Below, in pieces: positions 1 to 10,428 of a stretch of 32,000 bases of DNA (position 1 is the first letter of the stretch; each line of letters starts with the position of its first letter). The DNA is from Synechococcus elongatus PCC 6301. Lineage in GTDB: Bacteria > Cyanobacteriota > Cyanobacteriia > Synechococcales > Synechococcaceae. A model generated the notes under the pieces. The model saw only the letters and a program-made list of their open reading frames with translations, was not told the DNA's origin and ran no database searches. Position numbers and translations under genes: made by a program. Location of the stretch: NCBI RefSeq assembly GCF_000010065.1, contig NC_006576.1:990001-1022000 (forward strand). The letters run 5' to 3'.

Positions 1-282
<282 letters not shown>

Positions 283-408
283 CTAGGACATCGGTTAGGC
301 CGTTACAAATCATACCGGCTCACCTTTCAGGCTTCTGCGTTGCAGCGATCGCGGCCCACTTCCTTCCACAATGGGAAGAACGCCAATCTCAGCCGGAGGC
401 ACGACCTG

Positions 409-822
409 ATGCGACTACTGCATACGATGCTGCGAGTCGGGGATCTGGAGCGATCGCTACAGTTTTACTGCGAGATCCTGGGCATGCAGTTGCTGCGGCG
501 CAAGGACTACCCCGGTGGGGAATTTACGCTGGCCTTTGTGGGCTACGGCGAAGAAGCAGACCACACCGTCCTCGAGCTCACCTACAACTGGGGCAAAGAG
601 CAATACGAGCTGGGCGATGCCTACGGTCACATTGCGATCGGCGTCGACGACATTTACGCCACCTGCGAAGCGATTCGCGCCAGAGGCGGCAAAATTAGCC
701 GCGAGCCCGGCCCCATGAAACATGGCAGCACCGTGATTGCCTTTGTTGAAGATCCCGATGGCTACAAAGTCGAATTAATTCAAACCGGGACTTCTGGCGC
801 CAGCGCCCAGCCCGCCGCCTAA
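409..822 (+). CDS. gloA: Lactoylglutathione lyase (glyoxalase I)
   Basis: In-frame ATG at 409 within track ORF 340..822. GGAGG lies 9 nt upstream. Product starts [20 protein letters not shown]...GYKVELIQ, a typical glyoxalase I/VOC fold sequence of about 137 aa. Confidence 0.88.
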   Translation: MRLLHTMLRVGDLERSLQFYCEILGMQLLRRKDYPGGEFTLAFVGYGEEADHTVLELTYNWGKEQYELGDAYGHIAIGVDDIYATCEAIRARGGKISREPGPMKHGSTVIAFVEDPDGYKVELIQTGTSGASAQPAA

Positions 823-909
823 GCTTTGAGTCGCGATCGCCAGCCTCAGCCCACCTGAGATAGTGGAACCGGAGCGATCGCTCGCCCACCCGTCAGTTTT
901 AGAGTTTCC

Positions 910-3597
910 ATGCAGCCCACCGACCCCAATCGTTTTACAGACCAAGCCTGGGATGCGATCGTCGAATCGCAAACTGTGGCTCGCCAACTGCGGCAACAGC
1001 AGCTGGAAGTGGAGCACGTCCTCCTGGCCTTGCTCGATCAGGAGTCGGGGGTAGCTGCAGAAATTTTGGCGAAAGCAGGGGTGGCAGTTGCCAACCTGCG
1101 GCAACCCCTCGAAGACTTTGCACGACGGCAGCCTCGCAATGCCTCGGGTACGCAGCTCTACCTAGGACGCGGCCTCGATCGCCTGCTGGACTTAGCAGAA
1201 CGGGCGCGAGAACTCTGGCAAGACGAGTTCATCGGCGTTGAGCATTTGCTGATGGGCTTCGTGGAGGACGATCGCATCGGTCGTCGCTTGGCGCAGGGTC
1301 TCAAACTCGATGCCAAAACACTCGAGACAACGATTCAAGCGTTGCGATCGCCCGCTGCCGATGAGGCTGAAGCAGAAGAGAGCGAACCCAGCTATCCCTT
1401 CCTCAGCAAGTACGGTCGCGATCTGACAGCGCTGGCGGAACAGGAAAAACTCGATCCGGTGATTGGCCGTGATCTGGAAATTCGTCGCGTCATTCAAGTG
1501 CTATCGCGGCGCAGTAAGAACAATCCCGTCCTGATTGGTGAACCGGGTGTCGGCAAAACTGCGATCGCCGAAGGCTTGGCCCAGCGGATTGTTGCCGGTG
1601 AAGTACCGGATTCGCTCAAGCAACGGCGGCTGATCAGCCTCGATATGGGTTCCCTGATTGCTGGTGCCAAATATCGCGGTGAGTTCGAGGAGCGGCTGCG
1701 GGCAGTTCTGCACGAGGTCACCCACTCCGATGGCCAAATGGTGCTGTTCATCGACGAGCTACACACCGTCGTCGGAGCTGGGGCAGGTCAGCAAGGCAGC
1801 GCCATGGATGCGGGCAACCTGCTCAAGCCGATGCTGGCGCGGGGCGAATTGCGCTGCATTGGCGCGACAACGACCGATGAATATCGCCGCACGATCGAGA
1901 AGGATCCAGCCCTCGAACGACGCTTCCAACAGGTCTACGTCAGCCAGCCCAGCGTCGAAGACACGATCGCAATTCTGCGCGGCCTCAAGGAACGCTACGA
2001 GGGCCACCACGGCGTCAAGATTACCGACGGCGCTCTGATGGCAGCGGCTAAACTCTCCCATCGCTACATCAGCGATCGCTTCTTGCCCGATAAAGCGATC
2101 GACCTGATCGACGAAGCCTCAGCGCAACTGAAGATGGAGATCACCTCCAAACCCAGCGAGCTGGAGGATTTGGAACGACGGCTCCTGCAACTGGAAATGG
2201 AGCAACTGTCACTTAGCGGCGAGAACGGACAGGCCAGCGTTCACAGCGATCGCCTTCAGCAAATCCAGACTGAGCTGCAAACGCTGCAAGAACAGCAAGC
2301 CCGACTCAATCAACAGTGGCAGCAGGAAAAGCAACTACTGGAAGAACTCGGCCGCCTGCAGGAGGAAGAAGAAACCCTACGTCAGCAGGTTAATCAGGCC
2401 GAACGCGAGCATGACCTCAACAAAGGTGCTGAGCTGAAATTTGGGCAACTGGAAGCCCTGCAACAACAGCGGCAGGCGATCGAGGAGCAGATTCAAGCCC
2501 TGCACGCCAATGGGCAAACCTTGCTGCGCGAGCAGGTAGAAGAAGCCGATATTGCCGAAATCGTGGCGCGTTGGACCAATATTCCGGTGCAACGTTTGCT
2601 GGAGTCGGAGCGCCAGAAGCTGCTCCAGCTCGAAAGTTTCTTGCACCAACGGGTGATCGGCCAAGATGAAGCGGTCGTCGCCGTCGCTGCGGCGATTCGG
2701 CGAGCACGAGCGGGGATGAAAGATCCCAGCCGCCCGATCGGGTCGTTCCTGTTCTTGGGGCCCACGGGTGTCGGTAAAACCGAGCTAGCTCGCGCCCTCG
2801 CCAACTGTCTGTTCGATGCCGAAGATGCGCTGATTCGCTTCGACATGTCGGAGTACATGGAGAAGAATTCGATCTCGCGCCTGATTGGGGCGCCCCCCGG
2901 CTACATCGGCTACGAAGAAGGCGGGCAGCTCTCAGAAGCCATCCGGCGCCATCCCTACGCGGTAGTGTTGTTCGACGAAGTCGAGAAAGCGCATCCCGAT
3001 GTGTTTAACCTACTGCTGCAGGTGCTCGACGATGGCCGGATCACCGACTCGCAAGGCCGCACCATCGACTTCTGCAACGCCGTGATTGTGATGACCAGCA
3101 ACATTGGCAGCCAGTTCATCCTGGAGATGGGTGAAGAGGAAGCCAGCCTCGACGCGGTGGAGCTGAAAGTGCTGGGAGCGCTGCGGCAACATTTCCGGCC
3201 AGAATTTCTCAACCGGATCGACGACACAATCCTGTTCCAACCGCTTTCTCGCGGACAGTTGCAGCAGATTGTGGACATCCAATTGCAGCGGCTCAAACGA
3301 CTGCTGGCGGAGCAGGCGATCGCTCTCAACGTCACACCAGCAGCGGCAGCCAATCTGGCCGATCGCGGCTACGACCCCGTCTACGGCGCACGCCCCCTGA
3401 AGCGGGCAATCCAGCGGCTAATCGAAAATCCCGTCGCTTCACTGATTCTTGAACAGCAATTTGACGCCGGTGATGCACTGATCGTCGATGTCGATGCCGA
3501 GGGACAGCTGCAATTTCAAGTCAGTAAACCCGTTACAGCCACTGTTGTCGAGCCGGATGACAGCCCTGCGATCGCAGTGGAAGCCATTCCCTCTTAG
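910..3597 (+). CDS. clpB: ClpB/Hsp100 disaggregase, 895 aa (probably the longer ClpB2-type paralog)
   Basis: Two AAA+ modules with Walker A motifs GEPGVGKTA and [10 protein letters not shown] long Q/E-rich coiled-coil middle domain sits between them, and a Clp N-domain is at the start. The length and a short C-terminal tail ([25 protein letters not shown]) fit the constitutive ClpB2 form as I remember it. Confidence 0.93.
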   Translation: MQPTDPNRFTDQAWDAIVESQTVARQLRQQQLEVEHVLLALLDQESGVAAEILAKAGVAVANLRQPLEDFARRQPRNASGTQLYLGRGLDRLLDLAERARELWQDEFIGVEHLLMGFVEDDRIGRRLAQGLKLDAKTLETTIQALRSPAADEAEAEESEPSYPFLSKYGRDLTALAEQEKLDPVIGRDLEIRRVIQVLSRRSKNNPVLIGEPGVGKTAIAEGLAQRIVAGEVPDSLKQRRLISLDMGSLIAGAKYRGEFEERLRAVLHEVTHSDGQMVLFIDELHTVVGAGAGQQGSAMDAGNLLKPMLARGELRCIGATTTDEYRRTIEKDPALERRFQQVYVSQPSVEDTIAILRGLKERYEGHHGVKITDGALMAAAKLSHRYISDRFLPDKAIDLIDEASAQLKMEITSKPSELEDLERRLLQLEMEQLSLSGENGQASVHSDRLQQIQTELQTLQEQQARLNQQWQQEKQLLEELGRLQEEEETLRQQVNQAEREHDLNKGAELKFGQLEALQQQRQAIEEQIQALHANGQTLLREQVEEADIAEIVARWTNIPVQRLLESERQKLLQLESFLHQRVIGQDEAVVAVAAAIRRARAGMKDPSRPIGSFLFLGPTGVGKTELARALANCLFDAEDALIRFDMSEYMEKNSISRLIGAPPGYIGYEEGGQLSEAIRRHPYAVVLFDEVEKAHPDVFNLLLQVLDDGRITDSQGRTIDFCNAVIVMTSNIGSQFILEMGEEEASLDAVELKVLGALRQHFRPEFLNRIDDTILFQPLSRGQLQQIVDIQLQRLKRLLAEQAIALNVTPAAAANLADRGYDPVYGARPLKRAIQRLIENPVASLILEQQFDAGDALIVDVDAEGQLQFQVSKPVTATVVEPDDSPAIAVEAIPS

Positions 3598-3669
3598 GGT
3601 GTTTTCCGTTATTCTAGATCCTCGGGTGTTTGTCGGTTTTACCGGCATCCTCGCCGCTGAACTGCCAGC

Positions 3670-3687
3670 CGGATGCGATCGCATCCG
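3670..3687. repeat. 18-nt perfect palindrome CGGATGCGATCGCATCCG centred on a HIP1 octamer
   Basis: Read directly; the sequence equals its own reverse complement. It lies in the clpB-secE spacer, 15 nt upstream of the proposed secE GTG. Confidence 0.9.
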
Positions 3688-3701
3688 CAAGAGGACCTTC
3701 T

Positions 3702-3947
3702 GTGAGCAAAAACAACGCAGCCGAAAAAGTACGGAAGAGCAACGTTCCTGACGAAGCTTCTTCTGGTCTCAATCTGGTGAGTTTCCTACAAGAAACTCGG
3801 GCCGAACTGAGTAAAGTCGTCTGGCCATCGCGACAGCAACTCATTAGTGAGTCTGCTGCCGTTCTGCTAATGGTCAGTCTCTCGGCAACGTTGATCTACC
3901 TGATCAACGAACTGTTCAGTTGGGCGTCTAGTCGCGTATTTGGGTGA
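3702..3947 (+). CDS. secE: Preprotein translocase subunit SecE
   Basis: Track ORF 3630..3947 begins at a TTG. I prefer the in-frame GTG at 3702, which is preceded by AGAGGA and gives an 81-aa product. It carries the SecE-like motif ETRAELSKVVWPSRQQL followed by a single C-terminal TM helix. The start codon remains ambiguous. Confidence 0.8.
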   Translation: MSKNNAAEKVRKSNVPDEASSGLNLVSFLQETRAELSKVVWPSRQQLISESAAVLLMVSLSATLIYLINELFSWASSRVFG

Positions 3948-4573
3948 ACTTCACTGTGACCGACCAATACGAAGAGCAGTTGCTCTCCGCAGATGACAGC
4001 GTTGCCAGTGAGAAGGCTCGCTGGTACGCCGTTCAAGTGGCCTCAGGTTGCGAAAAACGCGTCAAAGCCACGCTTGAGCAACGGGTACAGACCCTTGATG
4101 CGGCTAATCGCATCCTTCAGGTCGAAATCCCCGAAACGCCAATCGTCAAGCTCAAGAAGGATGGCAGTCGTCAATCGGCTGAAGAAAAAGTCTTTCCAGG
4201 CTATGTGCTAGTGCGCATGATCCTAGATGACGACGCTTGGCAGATTGTCCGAAACACTCCTCACGTGATCAACTTCGTCGGCGCCGAGCAGAAGCGCCCG
4301 TACGGTCGGGGGCGCGGCCACGTCAAGCCGATGCCACTCAGTCCAGGCGAAGTTGGTCGCATTTTCAAGCGGGCTCAAGAGCAAAAACCCACAGTCAAAA
4401 TCGACCTTGCCGAAGGCGATCAGATTTTGGTGCTCTCCGGTCCGTTCAAAGACTTCGAAGGCACTGTGATCGAGGTCAGTCCAGAACGCAGCAAGCTCAA
4501 AGCTCTGCTGTCCATTTTTGGACGCGACACGCCAGTGGAATTGGAGTTTAACCAGGTTCAGAAGCAGAACTAG
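3944..4573 (+). CDS. nusG: Transcription termination/antitermination factor NusG
   Basis: GTG start overlaps the secE stop (GTGA at 3944..3947). NGN domain (WYAVQV...GYVLVRM) and KOW motif ([21 protein letters not shown]) are present. Conserved secE-nusG-rplK order. Confidence 0.92.
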   Translation: MNFTVTDQYEEQLLSADDSVASEKARWYAVQVASGCEKRVKATLEQRVQTLDAANRILQVEIPETPIVKLKKDGSRQSAEEKVFPGYVLVRMILDDDAWQIVRNTPHVINFVGAEQKRPYGRGRGHVKPMPLSPGEVGRIFKRAQEQKPTVKIDLAEGDQILVLSGPFKDFEGTVIEVSPERSKLKALLSIFGRDTPVELEFNQVQKQN

Positions 4574-4580
4574 TTCTCAG

Positions 4581-5006
4581 ATGGCAAAAAAAGTCGTTGC
4601 ACTGATTAAGTTAGCCTTGCCCGCTGGCAAAGCTAACCCGGCGCCTCCCGTGGGTCCTGCCCTGGGTCAGCACGGCGTCAACATCATGGCCTTCTGTAAG
4701 GAGTACAACGCCCGGACCCAAGACAAAGTTGGCTTGGTCATTCCGGTCGAAATCTCCGTTTTTGAAGACCGCAGTTTCACCTTCATTCTCAAAACCCCGC
4801 CCGCTTCGGTGTTGATCGCCAAAGCTGCTGGGATTGAGCGTGGTTCGGGTAACCCCAACAAAACCAAAGTCGGCAAAATCACGACCGCGCAACTGCGCGA
4901 GATTGCTGAAACCAAACTGCCGGACTTCAACACCAAAAACGTTGAAGCCGCCATGCGCATCGTCGAAGGCACTGCCCGCAACATGGGTGTCACGATCGCC
5001 GACTAG
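4581..5006 (+). CDS. rplK: 50S ribosomal protein L11
   Basis: ATG at 4581 within track ORF 4518..5006. Product is [43 protein letters not shown]..., the canonical L11 N-terminus. Confidence 0.95.
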   Translation: MAKKVVALIKLALPAGKANPAPPVGPALGQHGVNIMAFCKEYNARTQDKVGLVIPVEISVFEDRSFTFILKTPPASVLIAKAAGIERGSGNPNKTKVGKITTAQLREIAETKLPDFNTKNVEAAMRIVEGTARNMGVTIAD

Positions 5007-5080
5007 GGTCGGGATTCCTGTCGTTCATTTTCAAAAAGGAGTGGGGAGAGGTCAGCCCTCGCTAACACCCCGAAAACACC

Positions 5081-5794
5081 ATGACTCGTAAAGTTTCTCG
5101 TCGTCTGCAAGAGCTGCAGAAGAAAGTTGAAGATCGAGCCTACGAGCCTCTTGCGGCTCTGAACCTGCTCAAGGAAACGGCGACTGCCAAGTTTCCGGAG
5201 TCGGCAGAAGCTCACATCCGTCTCGGCATCGATCCCAAGTACACTGACCAACAGCTGCGGACAACCGTTGCGCTGCCCAAAGGCACCGGTCAAACCATCC
5301 GCGTTGCTGTCATTGCCCGGGGTGAAAAGGTCGCTGAAGCCAAGGCTGCAGGCGCTGACATTGCCGGTTCTGAAGAACTGATCGAAGAAATCAGCAAAGG
5401 CTTCTTGGACTTTGACTTGCTGATCGCCACACCCGATGTGATGCCCCAAGTGGCTAAACTCGGTCGGCAACTTGGTCCCCGCGGTCTGATGCCCTCGCCC
5501 AAAGGTGGCACAGTCACTTTTGATCTTGAACAGGCCGTTAACGAGTTCAAAGCTGGTAAGCTGGAATTTCGTGCCGATCGCACCGGGATTGTGCACGTCC
5601 TGTTCGGTAAAGCCTCCTTTTCGGCAGATGACCTCTTGGCTAACCTTAAAGCCCTGCAGGAAACCATCGACCGGAACCGTCCTTCGGGCGCTAAAGGCCG
5701 TTACTGGCGGAGCGTTTACATTTCGGCAACCATGGGACCCGCCATCGAAGTCGACATCAACGCCCTGCGCGACCCGAAGCTGGCTGAAGCCTAA
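5081..5794 (+). CDS. rplA: 50S ribosomal protein L1
   Basis: 237-aa ORF containing ...[25 protein letters not shown]...[16 protein letters not shown], typical of L1. It follows rplK. Confidence 0.95.
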   Translation: MTRKVSRRLQELQKKVEDRAYEPLAALNLLKETATAKFPESAEAHIRLGIDPKYTDQQLRTTVALPKGTGQTIRVAVIARGEKVAEAKAAGADIAGSEELIEEISKGFLDFDLLIATPDVMPQVAKLGRQLGPRGLMPSPKGGTVTFDLEQAVNEFKAGKLEFRADRTGIVHVLFGKASFSADDLLANLKALQETIDRNRPSGAKGRYWRSVYISATMGPAIEVDINALRDPKLAEA

Positions 5795-5828
5795 ACAGGG
5801 TTTAACACTCATTTCTGAGTTAAGAGTA

Positions 5829-5856
5829 TTGCTCAACCGTTGTAACTAAATAGCAT
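5829..5856 (+). promoter_or_regulatory. Candidate sigma70-type promoter for rplJ-rplL
   Basis: TTGCTC (5829..5834), a 16-nt spacer, then TAGCAT (5851..5856). Found by eye only. It would give a leader of about 160 nt. Confidence 0.3.
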
Positions 5857-5939
5857 TACCAGAGACAGCAGGTGTTGCACCGCAACTGAAGCATCCTGCC
5901 GAGGTAGTCCCCACAGTCTTCGTACTGTTGATCTATTTC

Positions 5940-5971
5940 GCTCTGGCAACCGAATTTGCCGGAGCTTTTTT
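5940..5971 (+). terminator. Intrinsic terminator/attenuator hairpin inside the rplJ leader
   Basis: GCTCTGGCAA (5940..5949) pairs with TTGCCGGAGC (5956..5965). This is a 10-bp stem including one G.U pair, with loop CCGAAT. TTTTTT follows immediately (5966..5971). The hairpin sits 51 nt upstream of the rplJ ATG, and I see no -10-like hexamer between it and the start codon. Confidence 0.55.
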
Positions 5972-6022
5972 GTTGCAAGAGCAAGATTCCATTCCGATTC
6001 CCGCCCAGGAGGTGAGATAAAG

Positions 6023-6550
6023 ATGGGAAGAACGCTAGCCAATAAGCAAGACATCGTCACTGAGCTCAAAGGGCTTGTTGATGAGGCGCAAATGGCGTTT
6101 GTCGTCGACTACCAAGGCCTGACGGTCGCTGAAATCACCGATCTCCGCAATCGTCTGGAAGCCAGCAACTCTGTCTGCAAGGTGACCAAAAACACCTTGA
6201 TGCGTCGCGCGATCGCTGATGCCGACGACTGGCAGCCTCTAACCGAATTGCTCAAAGGCACTAACGCCTTTGTGCTGGTCAAAGATGACCCGGGCAGTGC
6301 CATTAAGGCCTACCAAGCGTTCCAGAAAGACACCAAGAAGACTGAACTTCGCGGTGGTCTACTGGAAGGCCGTCTGCTCAGCAGTGATGAGCTGAAAGCC
6401 ATTGGCGATCTGCCGTCCAAGGAAGTCCTGATTGCGCAAATTGCTGGCGCAATCAACGGTGTAGCAACCAAGCTCGCCGTGGGCATCAAAGAAGTCCCGA
6501 ATTCTTTGGCACGCGGTATCAAAGCCGTTTCCGAACAAACCGACGCGTAA
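6023..6550 (+). CDS. rplJ: 50S ribosomal protein L10
   Basis: ATG preceded by GGAGGTGA. The 175-aa product, [19 protein letters not shown]...[14 protein letters not shown]..., is typical of L10. Confidence 0.95.
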   Translation: MGRTLANKQDIVTELKGLVDEAQMAFVVDYQGLTVAEITDLRNRLEASNSVCKVTKNTLMRRAIADADDWQPLTELLKGTNAFVLVKDDPGSAIKAYQAFQKDTKKTELRGGLLEGRLLSSDELKAIGDLPSKEVLIAQIAGAINGVATKLAVGIKEVPNSLARGIKAVSEQTDA

Positions 6551-6609
6551 TTGCTGCGCTGGTTTGTGTCTGATTGTTGTCCAAACTGATTCCAACGGAG
6601 TGCGAAAGC

Positions 6610-6996
6610 ATGTCTGCTAAAACCGACGAAATTCTCGAATCTTTGAAAACCTTGACCCTGCTGGAAGCAGCAGAACTGGTCAAGCAAATTGAAGAAGCCT
6701 TCGGCGTGAGCGCTGCTGCTCCTGTCGGTGGTGTTGTGGTAGCTGCCGCTGCTGGCGCTGCTGCTGAAGCCGTCGAAGAGAAGACCGAATTTGACGTTGT
6801 CCTGGAAGAAGTTCCGGCCGACAAGAAGATCGCTGTCTTGAAAGTCGTCCGCGGTATCACCGGCTTGGGCCTGAAAGAAGCCAAAGACTTGGTGGAAGCA
6901 GCTCCCAAACCGATCAAAGAAGGTGTGTCCAAAGACGACGCCGAAGCAGCCAAGAAAGAGCTGGAAGAAGCCGGCGCCAAAGTCAGCGTCAAGTAG
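6610..6996 (+). CDS. rplL: 50S ribosomal protein L7/L12
   Basis: ATG at 6610 within track ORF 6574..6996, with GGAG upstream. It has an Ala-rich hinge and a C-terminal domain containing ...[18 protein letters not shown]... Confidence 0.95.
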   Translation: MSAKTDEILESLKTLTLLEAAELVKQIEEAFGVSAAAPVGGVVVAAAAGAAAEAVEEKTEFDVVLEEVPADKKIAVLKVVRGITGLGLKEAKDLVEAAPKPIKEGVSKDDAEAAKKELEEAGAKVSVK

Positions 6997-7004
6997 TTCG
7001 AGTA

Positions 7005-7040
7005 GCTTGAAGGCAGGACTCTCTGTCTTCAAGCCGTTTT
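7005..7040 (+). terminator. First of two tandem intrinsic terminators after rplL
   Basis: Positions 7005..7016 pair with 7023..7034. The outer stem is GCTTGAAG/CTTCAAGC, followed inward by a G.U pair and CAG/CTG, with a 6-nt loop. CGTTTT follows the stem. Confidence 0.55.
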
Positions 7041-7060
7041 ACTCAACTTCTGCACAAAAG

Positions 7061-7090
7061 AAAGGGACTTGGTTTTCCAAGTCCCTTTTT
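7061..7090 (+). terminator. Strong intrinsic terminator after rplL, with bidirectional architecture
   Basis: AAAGGGACTTGG-TTTT-CCAAGTCCCTTT forms a perfect 12-bp stem with a GC-rich core, followed by a T-run. The A-run on the 5' side supplies a U-tract for minus-strand transcripts as well. Confidence 0.8.
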
Positions 7091-7165
7091 GATTGGATTG
7101 TTACTGGCAGGGCGTTGCGTGTGAAAAACGAGAATTCACACCAGCCTAAAAATATCTCTGAATAG

Positions 7166-7206
7166 GAAAAACCTCCGGGCGTCTTTCCGTGTTTCGACTC
7201 CGGAGG
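7166..7206 (-). terminator. Intrinsic terminator for the minus-strand gene 7298..8440
   Basis: On the minus strand CCTCCGG (7206..7200) pairs with CCGGAGG (7178..7172), with an inner GTC/GAC extension. TTTTTT follows (complement of 7171..7166). Confidence 0.55.
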
Positions 7207-7297
7207 CTTATTCCTTTCACTCCTCACCTGCGCTAATACTAGCGGGTGACTGTCGAGCTGGCAAGCTTTGACTATGCCGGTTAGCTAATTGTCCTAC

Positions 7298-8440
7298 TCA
7301 GCGACCAAACTCGACTCTGCCGTTGAGTCCCCCTTGCTGGCTGAGGTGGGTTTGCCACTGTTCCGCTAGGCTGCGGTTGCGGAAGGGGCCGAGTGCCACT
7401 TCGCGCGGCCCCCGCTCAAAAATATTGCTGGCGGGAACTCCCAGTTGTTGAATCCGCTGAATTAAGGCCTGAGGGCTACCGGCGGTGACCGGCACAATCA
7501 CCAGAAAGGCATCGCTGCTGAGTTGTCCATTCCGGCTGATGGTGAAGCGATCGGGATTACTGGCGGTGCTGGGCGTTGCAGTCGGTGCAGGGGTCGGCGA
7601 TCGCAAGGGACGAAGGGAGGGAGTCGGGGCTGGCGTGACAGGTGTGGGTTGCTGGGCTGCTGGAAAATTGGGCGATCGCAAAGGGAGGGTGGCTGCGGGA
7701 GCCGGTGTGATCGGCATCGCTGGACGAGTGGCTGGGCTCGGGCTGAGGTTCGGCTGATCGAGGCGCACCACGGGAATCGGAATCGGTTGCTGATCTCCCA
7801 CACTAGGCAGCGCTGACGGAGTGAGCGGCCGCAAAGCGGCAGAGGGGGTCTGCTGAGGGGCGATCGCTACCAAATTAGGATTGCTGGCACTGTAGGCCGC
7901 CAGGGTCTGATCGGCGGAGAAGTAGTAGTGTCCGAGAGGTTGTCCTTCGTAGGTGCGGCGGGCCAGTTTCCAGTTGGGAAGTAGGTCGACCTTGAGAAAG
8001 TCACGCACTAGGCGGCGCGTAGTACCTAGGGGAATGGTAGGGCTGCGACCATCAAAAGGCACTGCCACGAGCAGCGCTTGGGACTCTTGGGTACGGACTT
8101 CGAGACGGTAGCGCAGACCCAACTCTTCACCGCCCATGCGCAGGGAATAGCCATTGCTGTCAGTAGCGCGATCGCAAATGCCAGTGAAGTCAAAGTTGAG
8201 CAGCAGCGGCTCGACGGTACCATCGCCGCGATCGCGCCAACAGCGCTGACTGCCAATCTGTTTCTCTTCAATGACCAGCACGTCGTAGCGGTTGATGCCA
8301 AGCGGACGCAGGATGACCACGGCCTGTTGTTCTGCGATCGGCTGTTGTCCAAACAGGGCGGCTTGGGCAGGGGGGACGGGGACGGCTGCCAACCCTCCAG
8401 CAGTCAGTAGGGCAGCGGTGATGAGTGGATAACGACGCAT
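7298..8440 (-). CDS. Secreted envelope protein: signal peptide, cyanobacterial DUF3747-like domain, Pro/Thr/Ala-rich linker, C-terminal SPOR-like domain
   Basis: I chose the ATG at 8440 because GGAGG lies 8 nt upstream; the track ORF starts at 8470. The N-terminus MRRYPLITAALLTAGGLAAVPVPPAQA looks like a signal peptide. The linker of about 100 aa reads ...PTPVTPAPTPSLRPLRSPTPAPTATP.... The C-terminus, AFLVIVPV...VALGPFRNRSLAEQWQTHLSQQG, resembles the SPOR consensus. Domain names are from memory. Confidence 0.7.
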   Translation of the reverse strand: MRRYPLITAALLTAGGLAAVPVPPAQAALFGQQPIAEQQAVVILRPLGINRYDVLVIEEKQIGSQRCWRDRGDGTVEPLLLNFDFTGICDRATDSNGYSLRMGGEELGLRYRLEVRTQESQALLVAVPFDGRSPTIPLGTTRRLVRDFLKVDLLPNWKLARRTYEGQPLGHYYFSADQTLAAYSASNPNLVAIAPQQTPSAALRPLTPSALPSVGDQQPIPIPVVRLDQPNLSPSPATRPAMPITPAPAATLPLRSPNFPAAQQPTPVTPAPTPSLRPLRSPTPAPTATPSTASNPDRFTISRNGQLSSDAFLVIVPVTAGSPQALIQRIQQLGVPASNIFERGPREVALGPFRNRSLAEQWQTHLSQQGGLNGRVEFGR

Positions 8441-8531
8441 TGGAAGAGCCTCCGGGCCATTCGCAGACAAGTTTTAGCAGATTGTGAAAGCAGACTGCTA
8501 GGATACGCCTGCAAAAAGGAGGGAGTCTGTT

Positions 8532-9628
<1,097 letters not shown>

Positions 9629-9645
9629 CTATTGTACGAGGCGCA

Positions 9646-10410
9646 TTATGACTCGACGGGTGATGCAGCCAACGCGGGCGATCGCCCGCTGCTGAAGTCG
9701 GTCAACCGGAGCAATTGAATGCGATCGCTCGTCATCGCTTGTTGGCGATCGCGATCGGTGTTGTAGCCCCAATCCGCGAGGTAAAGATCAACGCTTTCGA
9801 GCTGGGCAGCCGCTTCCAGGGCCGGTAAGCGGTCTTCGACAAAAGCAATTTGCTCAAACTCCACTTGCAGTTGAATCAGGGTTTGAGTCTTGGGGACGCC
9901 AACTTCCTTGCCGTAGATCGCCAAAGGCGGCTGAAGATTTGGAATCTGTTCCAGTAACTCGGCGATAAAGCGGCCATCTTTGGTGGAGATGATCACCCAA
10001 GGTGCGGTCTGCTGGGCCAAACGCTCCGCCACGCCGGGGTAAAAGTGATGCAGTTGCAGCCACTCCTTGCGATCGCGCTTAATCCAGCGATCGCGAACCC
10101 GATCCATTGCTTGAGAGAGTTCTGTGGTGGTTAGGCCCCAGTCTTTCAAGACGCGATCGCAGAGCTGAGGCCAGTCTGCCAACACCTCTGCATCTGCAAC
10201 TTCCCTCCGTAAGGCTTGCAGCAGCACGGGCATCTCCCAACCCTGCTCAATCACGGGCCGTAGCAACCGAAAGCGATCTTCTAGACTCGGCTCAGGCACT
10301 TCCGGCCAACTGGGATCGCGATCGCAGCCCGCCTGCCAAGCCGCGAGGAAATATTCGCGCAAGCCATCACACAAAACGCCATCGAAATCTAGGGCGAGAA
10401 GGGATGCCAT
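9646..10410 (-). CDS. HAD-superfamily hydrolase, substrate unknown
   Basis: Motif I is LDFDGVLCDG (DxDG). Motif II is VIISTKDG. Lys and Asp motifs occur later (YGKEVGVPK, FVEDRL). A helical cap insertion lies between motifs I and II. Confidence 0.75.
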   Translation of the reverse strand: MASLLALDFDGVLCDGLREYFLAAWQAGCDRDPSWPEVPEPSLEDRFRLLRPVIEQGWEMPVLLQALRREVADAEVLADWPQLCDRVLKDWGLTTTELSQAMDRVRDRWIKRDRKEWLQLHHFYPGVAERLAQQTAPWVIISTKDGRFIAELLEQIPNLQPPLAIYGKEVGVPKTQTLIQLQVEFEQIAFVEDRLPALEAAAQLESVDLYLADWGYNTDRDRQQAMTSDRIQLLRLTDFSSGRSPALAASPVES

Positions 10411-10428
10411 AACTGATTCAGAGAAGAA

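Noticed and set aside
300-325. HLR1/RpaB-like half site GTTACAAA in the eno-gloA spacer
   Set aside because: Only one repeat matches. The second repeat expected after 2 nt (ATACCGGC) does not fit (G/T)TTACA(T/A)(T/A).
3630-3701. TTG start extending SecE by 24 aa
   Set aside because: The extension (MSVLPASSPLNCQPDAIASARGPS) has no SecE-like features and contains the HIP1 palindrome. The GTG at 3702 has an AGAGGA SD and gives a typical SecE length. The alternative is kept as a note only.
5003-5836. 277-aa ORF on the minus strand
   Set aside because: It lies entirely antisense to rplA, whose product is unmistakable. It is a shadow ORF typical of GC-rich coding DNA, and its sequence has no recognisable motifs.
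6310-7032. 240-aa and 157-aa minus-strand ORFs opposite rplJ/rplL
   Set aside because: They are antisense shadows of highly conserved ribosomal protein genes. Their composition is low-complexity (Ser/Ala/Phe runs mirroring the Ala/Glu-rich L12).
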